From: Klebsormidium nitens
Taxonomy: Eukaryota; Plantae; Klebsormidiophyceae
Assembly (NCBI GenBank): GCA_000708835.1
Contig: DF237359.1
Location: 1-64,000, forward strand
Direction: 5' to 3'
DNA length: 64,000 nucleotides
Shown: piece by piece, positions 59,501-64,000 of the stretch
Position numbering within the stretch: position 1 is the first letter of the stretch
Layout: each line of letters starts with the position of its first letter
Notes under the pieces: generated by a model
What the model was told of the DNA's origin: nothing
The model's input: only the letters and a program-made list of their open reading frames with translations
Database searches by the model: none
Made by a program: the position numbers and the translations under genes

Positions 59501-60447
59501 CTGCGGCTTGGACGACAGGATCACTTGCAAAACACCTTACCATCCGTGCTACAGATTCTCAAGTTTCAGCAGCAATGTTTCCGTGGCCCCAAGCATCTCC
59601 AGGGTCTGGAATGAGTCTTGGGGTAGCATTGACTACGCAGCAAACAATGCGACGCCGCAACACAACATATTTTTCAGGACACGAAGGCCTCAGCAACCTT
59701 CAGCAGAGATCTAGCAGACTCTTGCTGAAGGCAGGCCCACCCTGAACAAACACACTCACTGGATCACGGAACACTATAAGAGAAATGAGATTGCACTTCT
59801 GCAACAGCGAATCCTATAAAAATCTTCAAGAGCGCAGAAGCTCAAGGAAGCGTGCTGTCTGTTTCCATTACCGAGCATGTCAATGCAATGGAGCTCTCTG
59901 AACATGCTGTCAACAGAAGTAGGATCATAGCGGAACATGATTGCATCAGAGTGTATGTATTTGGACACGTGTCTTGAGCCGTGCTTATCAATATCCGGGA
60001 TCAAGGCACATTCAATGTATCAGCATTCTTCAGCTTTGGAACGGACACCATTTCATCGACGTAGAACAAGTTTCTACGATGTTCAGGGCCAAACACTGTC
60101 TGATGGTCTTTCGGCAAGTGCCATTGAAGAGAGAGTGGTGCCACATAAAAGAATAGTGATCATATAATACATTGCACCAAGCAGCACATAATAGCCCCGA
60201 CAAACTCGCCAGGACTAGTGCCGACCTCCGAACTTGTAGACCAATGAAAACTGCAGGCTCCTCCCTAAGGCTACAGTCAACCAATAAAATAAAACTGTTG
60301 GCATTGCGGAAACAAAGGGCTCACCTGGAGCATGGTCAAACTGTACGTGATGTAGTTGCGAAGCTTCCCCTGCGTGGTGATCCTGATCTCATTCTCCTTA
60401 ATCGGTTCCTCTACCCGTGGCTTCTCCACTCTCTGATAACGATCCAT
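53551..60447 (-). CDS. ALBA: Alba DNA/RNA-binding protein (Rpp25-like) with RGG/RG-rich tail, 9 exons, 274 aa
   Basis: Exons 60325-60447, 58928-59008, 58126-58214, 57450-57524, 56588-56649, 56219-56281, 55092-55235, 54214-54285, 53551-53666 (825 nt, in phase). MDRYQRVEKP..EIRIT.QG..RNYI; IVLKAMGRAINKTVTIAEILKRRI.GLHQ.T; TDTW.PLEEGL; TRHVSMITITLS; GYQAP; then four RG-rich exons. Confidence 0.92.
55250..55620 (-). repeat. Two to three acceptor-side echoes of Alba exon 55092-55235
   Basis: CGCCGCC...CTGCAGAGCGG at 55236 (real), 55323 and 55418, with a weak copy near 55600. GATGTTGAA and AAGGGG flanks are also repeated. Confidence 0.85.
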
Positions 60448-61484
60448 CCCAAGCGCCGGGAACACGGTACTCTAGCGCGGCAGCGTCCAATTAAAGTGGT
60501 AGCAATTCCTGCTGAAAAGCCCTGGTAGCTCGGGTTGCGAGAAGGAACGCTGACCGAGCAGCCCAAGTTCTGAACAAACCCGCCTTCAAATGCCGGAGTC
60601 GGTGTTGAAGACAAACTAGCACAAGCGCATGAGATCAGCAGCCAGGTCTCAGGGAGGAACGCCAAAGTAGACGACTGCTCCCTGTCTGCACCAGACCAAA
60701 GCTGCTGGCGGCACGGCTCTGAAATGGCTCTGGAATGGCAGGGAGAGATAGAGAAAAGAAATTGATTCAAAGGCATTGAGCAAAGCTTGAGCCTTGAGCA
60801 GTGAACAAAGACCAAGTCAAAATGGAGTCAGCGTCAGACTCCCAGAAAGATACCTCAAGAAAAAACCAGTTCTTTACCGTTAGATAAGATCTGGCTTGGT
60901 TTGTACGGTTCGATTCGCTTTCATCCGACGTCATGTGCACGTCATGAGTCGGGACAGCGCAATACTTTTTGCTTTATTGACACAATGTTTGCAACGAAGA
61001 CTCTGGTCAACTTCCTCGGGAGATTTAACCCGCTCCGCAACGATTAAACTCTGCTCAAGGGTATATAACCCGGACCGGTTTGTTTCCATATTCTGCCAAA
61101 AGTTGGTTTATAGATGTTTCGTGTCAAGAAGGAAAATGCGAAGCGCCAAAAAAGGGCACCACGTATTACGTAACCGCCTGAGCAGCAGGCGGCTACAGAC
61201 GCGCCCTCAAAAGACTTGAGCGCGCACATGAAATTATTGAGTTTGATGAGCGGCAGCAACTTCAAGTCTTACAATTTGACATGGCGCTTGAACGGCAAGC
61301 ACTGATCGGCCTTCCTTTCTTTGCTGCCACCATTTCCTGGAGGCTTTGTTTGGAATGCTGACATCAACCGAGCACCTCAGGAGCACAGGGAAAAGACATC
61401 TGGGGGCCCCTATCGATTGTTAGTTCTTCACCGGCCGGTGTTCTTTCAAGTATTTCGCAAGGTCAAGCTTCCTAATTGTGCGAC

Positions 61485-64000
61485 ATGGCTTGTAAGTCCT
61501 GCCATGGTCGGGCTCTCGTTTCACAAACAGTGGTACTCGTTCTCTTGTTGCTCCTGAGCGACATCAGCAGTGTGGATGCGAAGAAAAAGAGCTACAAGGG
61601 TACATACATGGTAAGAGATTTTATTCATTTCAGTTCTGCATCCCACAGAACAGGGGCACAATCCAGCATCAAGATGAAAATGGTGGAGTTTGGCACAAGA
61701 GGGGCCTACATTCTTACATGGCTTCAAACCTGAGTATCTGCTGACTCTCATAAAATTTGCCCGCAAACGGAGAAAGGCGTATGGCATTCTGACCGTTCCA
61801 GAAGCATCAAAAATTTTCCAGTATAGAACTGCACTTGCAGAGACTTGCAGAATGCTGAGATACGAACTCAAGAATGTCAAGATTGTAAAAGGAGGTCTTG
61901 GGAGTGTCTTGGAAGGTGCTCGTAAGATCCATCTCTCTGGGTGGTGGGCTTTTCATTCCAGATCAAAGGTACTTTCTTGGCACTCAGGACTGCTTGTTCC
62001 GATGCAATCGCTGCTTCACTTCAAGAACGCGACTCTGTTGCCAGACTTTCTGTGGTGGTGAATCTGCTCAACCTCCGGACTGGATGATACATGTTACATA
62101 AAAAGCCGCCAAGCCCTTACATGGACTTTCCACCCCCTTTGACAGGCTTATGAAGCTGCATGAGACCAAAGATTCTACTGTCAGTCAATTTTGCTAAGCC
62201 AATCCTGCTATGTTTGCCTTTGACCACGCTCAGTTGCTTGTGCCGAGGTTCACTCTGTTTGACATTGGTGAATGATGGACTCTGTATATTTAAATCCTGG
62301 GGGTTAGCTTTAGTAATGGCAAATGCAAGACCCCTTCCAAGCTCGGGCTTTAGCTGATCGCCCTGGGTAAGTGTGCTAATCTAAACGGGGTGGCCTTTGT
62401 GCGTAGGAAAAAGGAGTCCGGCTGTTACGAGATGATTGCGAGCTTTCAATCCAGAGGTGAGCAGCAGAGCAAACATGCCTTGAGAATGTAAGGGTAGGTT
62501 GACATGTTGACTAAGTCGACTTGGGCTGCAAAAGTACTGGGCAAAGACCTCAAGAAATTGTACTCATGACTCGCAGCTCGAGATACAGCCTCCTGAGTGA
62601 AAATGTAGCAGATCGCAATGGATGCACAGAGTTTCAGTCATGTCTGAGGGTAACTGCAGATCACATGGGAATCAATGACCTGTCCCTCTTGGCAGAACCA
62701 CGGAACCATGACTTAGGAAGGTCGCATCCAAGAACCAGACTTTGACTGACAGTCTGAGGACTGTCTTTTTTGTCTTATCAGCAGAATTCTTTTACTGTCA
62801 AGTTATGGTCCTGTTGGACGCTGGAAGTCGTCCTGGTGGATTCCATAGTAATACAAGGATTCACTTTCATGTATTTATTGCTGGGTAAACCGATCTTACG
62901 GATCTCGGACTGGACTGCCAAAAGCTGTCTGATTCCACCTTTTGTTAGGTTAGCCATGCCTCGTTAAAGGACCTTTGATTCCAATGATTGCCCTGTTTGG
63001 AAATGAGGATAGACGAAAGAGGCAAGGGGAGTGACACTTCTGGAAGGTCTTGATATACCCGTACTGCCATTCAAAGTCGCCCCCCAAGTCCACGAATAAG
63101 TATTTTGAAAGTTTTTTCGTTTTCGCAACGGCCAGATCATGCCTGCTAAAAACGTTTTTTGGTCCAAAAATCCTTGTTTTTTCATCTCAACTTTTCGACC
63201 AGGCAGCAAATAATTTCCGGAAATTTTCGACCTGGGGTAAAACAATTGATTTACTATGCGAATTCAAAGTGGCAGTACGGTCGTGACGGGGATTCAAGAC
63301 ACATTGACTGGCTGCGCAGCATGACAGGGATGCCGACAACGCAGTTTCTTGTAGATCAGTGCACCTCATGCTGTGATCCAAGAAGGGGCAAAGAAAGAAA
63401 GCCATTATGCCCGCTTTTCTGTGCATCAGCGGGTCGATACTCTGTTAACTTCCACCAGCCATAGACACCCTCTAAGTGGTGTGGTACTGTTGGATGGCTT
63501 GGCAGGCGCCCTTTTCCTGACGCCCCTTCTGTTGTTTCGATCTTTCGTTCTCAGTTTCGCTTTCCCTTCTGGAAATGGTCTTTTCTGACGCTTTGCTCAT
63601 CGTATTCTCAGAACCGGGGGCCCCTGCATGACGAGCAGTATCAACAAGGAGAACTGCATACTCCGGTGCATGAACCCGGAGTGTTATGAACAGGTTTACG
63701 GGTTGGACTCGGTGAGTTTGTGACGTGGTCCTTTACCCATGACTCTCAAAGCTTTCGAACTTTCGGATCCCCGAAGGAGACTCAAGAGACAAGGCACCAG
63801 ACATTCAGGGCTGCAATCTGTTGGCGATTCTTTGAGAAAAGCAGAAAGAGAAGGAAGAAGAGAGCATTATGCTCATTTAAAAACAGACTATGTAGAGAAG
63901 AATATACTGCAGACAGTAATATGCACGAGAAATCTTTCCCCACTGCAGTCATGGTGCTAGACAAGATCCTGTTGCTTTTGCTGCTTACGTTGGATCTCTT
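61485..64000 (+). CDS. DUF4787-like small secreted Cys-rich protein, 3' part outside the window
   Basis: Exons 61485-61610, 62407-62456, 63612-63711, in phase. Signal peptide (VVLVLLLLLSDISSVDA), then ...DDCELSIQRTGGPCMTSSINKENCILRCMNPECYEQVYGLDS, matching the KENCxLRCxxPxCYExxYxxD pattern of the plant DUF4787 family. Confidence 0.75.

Overview
Eukaryotic nuclear DNA with intron-rich GT-AG genes. The gene content and style suggest a streptophyte green alga such as Klebsormidium (inference, not provable from the window). I assembled eight spliced genes by hand with phase-consistent exons: a plant-type O-fucosyltransferase (385-9280, -), an expansin-like protein (10966-14679, +), a sucrase/ferredoxin-like Apd1/Aim32-type protein (16902-22752, +), a 339-aa orphan (24544-27893, +), a secreted amidase with two N-terminal Cys-rich modules (31173-43027, -), a single-domain PDI-like thioredoxin (47354-51523, -), an Alba/Rpp25-like RGG protein (53551-60447, -) and a DUF4787-like gene cut by the window end (61485->64000, +). 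Two decayed coding-like remnants lie between genes. The standout observation is that the introns of at least six genes are partly built from tandem, progressively decayed 'echoes' of the adjacent splice junction. Acceptor plus exon-start copies lie upstream of the real exon, and exon-end plus donor copies lie downstream. There are about a dozen arrays with roughly 30 copies, mostly spaced about 145-175 bp apart (hand-measured median about 158 bp). In the arrays I could compare, the copy nearest the functional exon is the best preserved. No prokaryotic features, rRNA, tRNA, CRISPR array or intact transposon ORF were seen.
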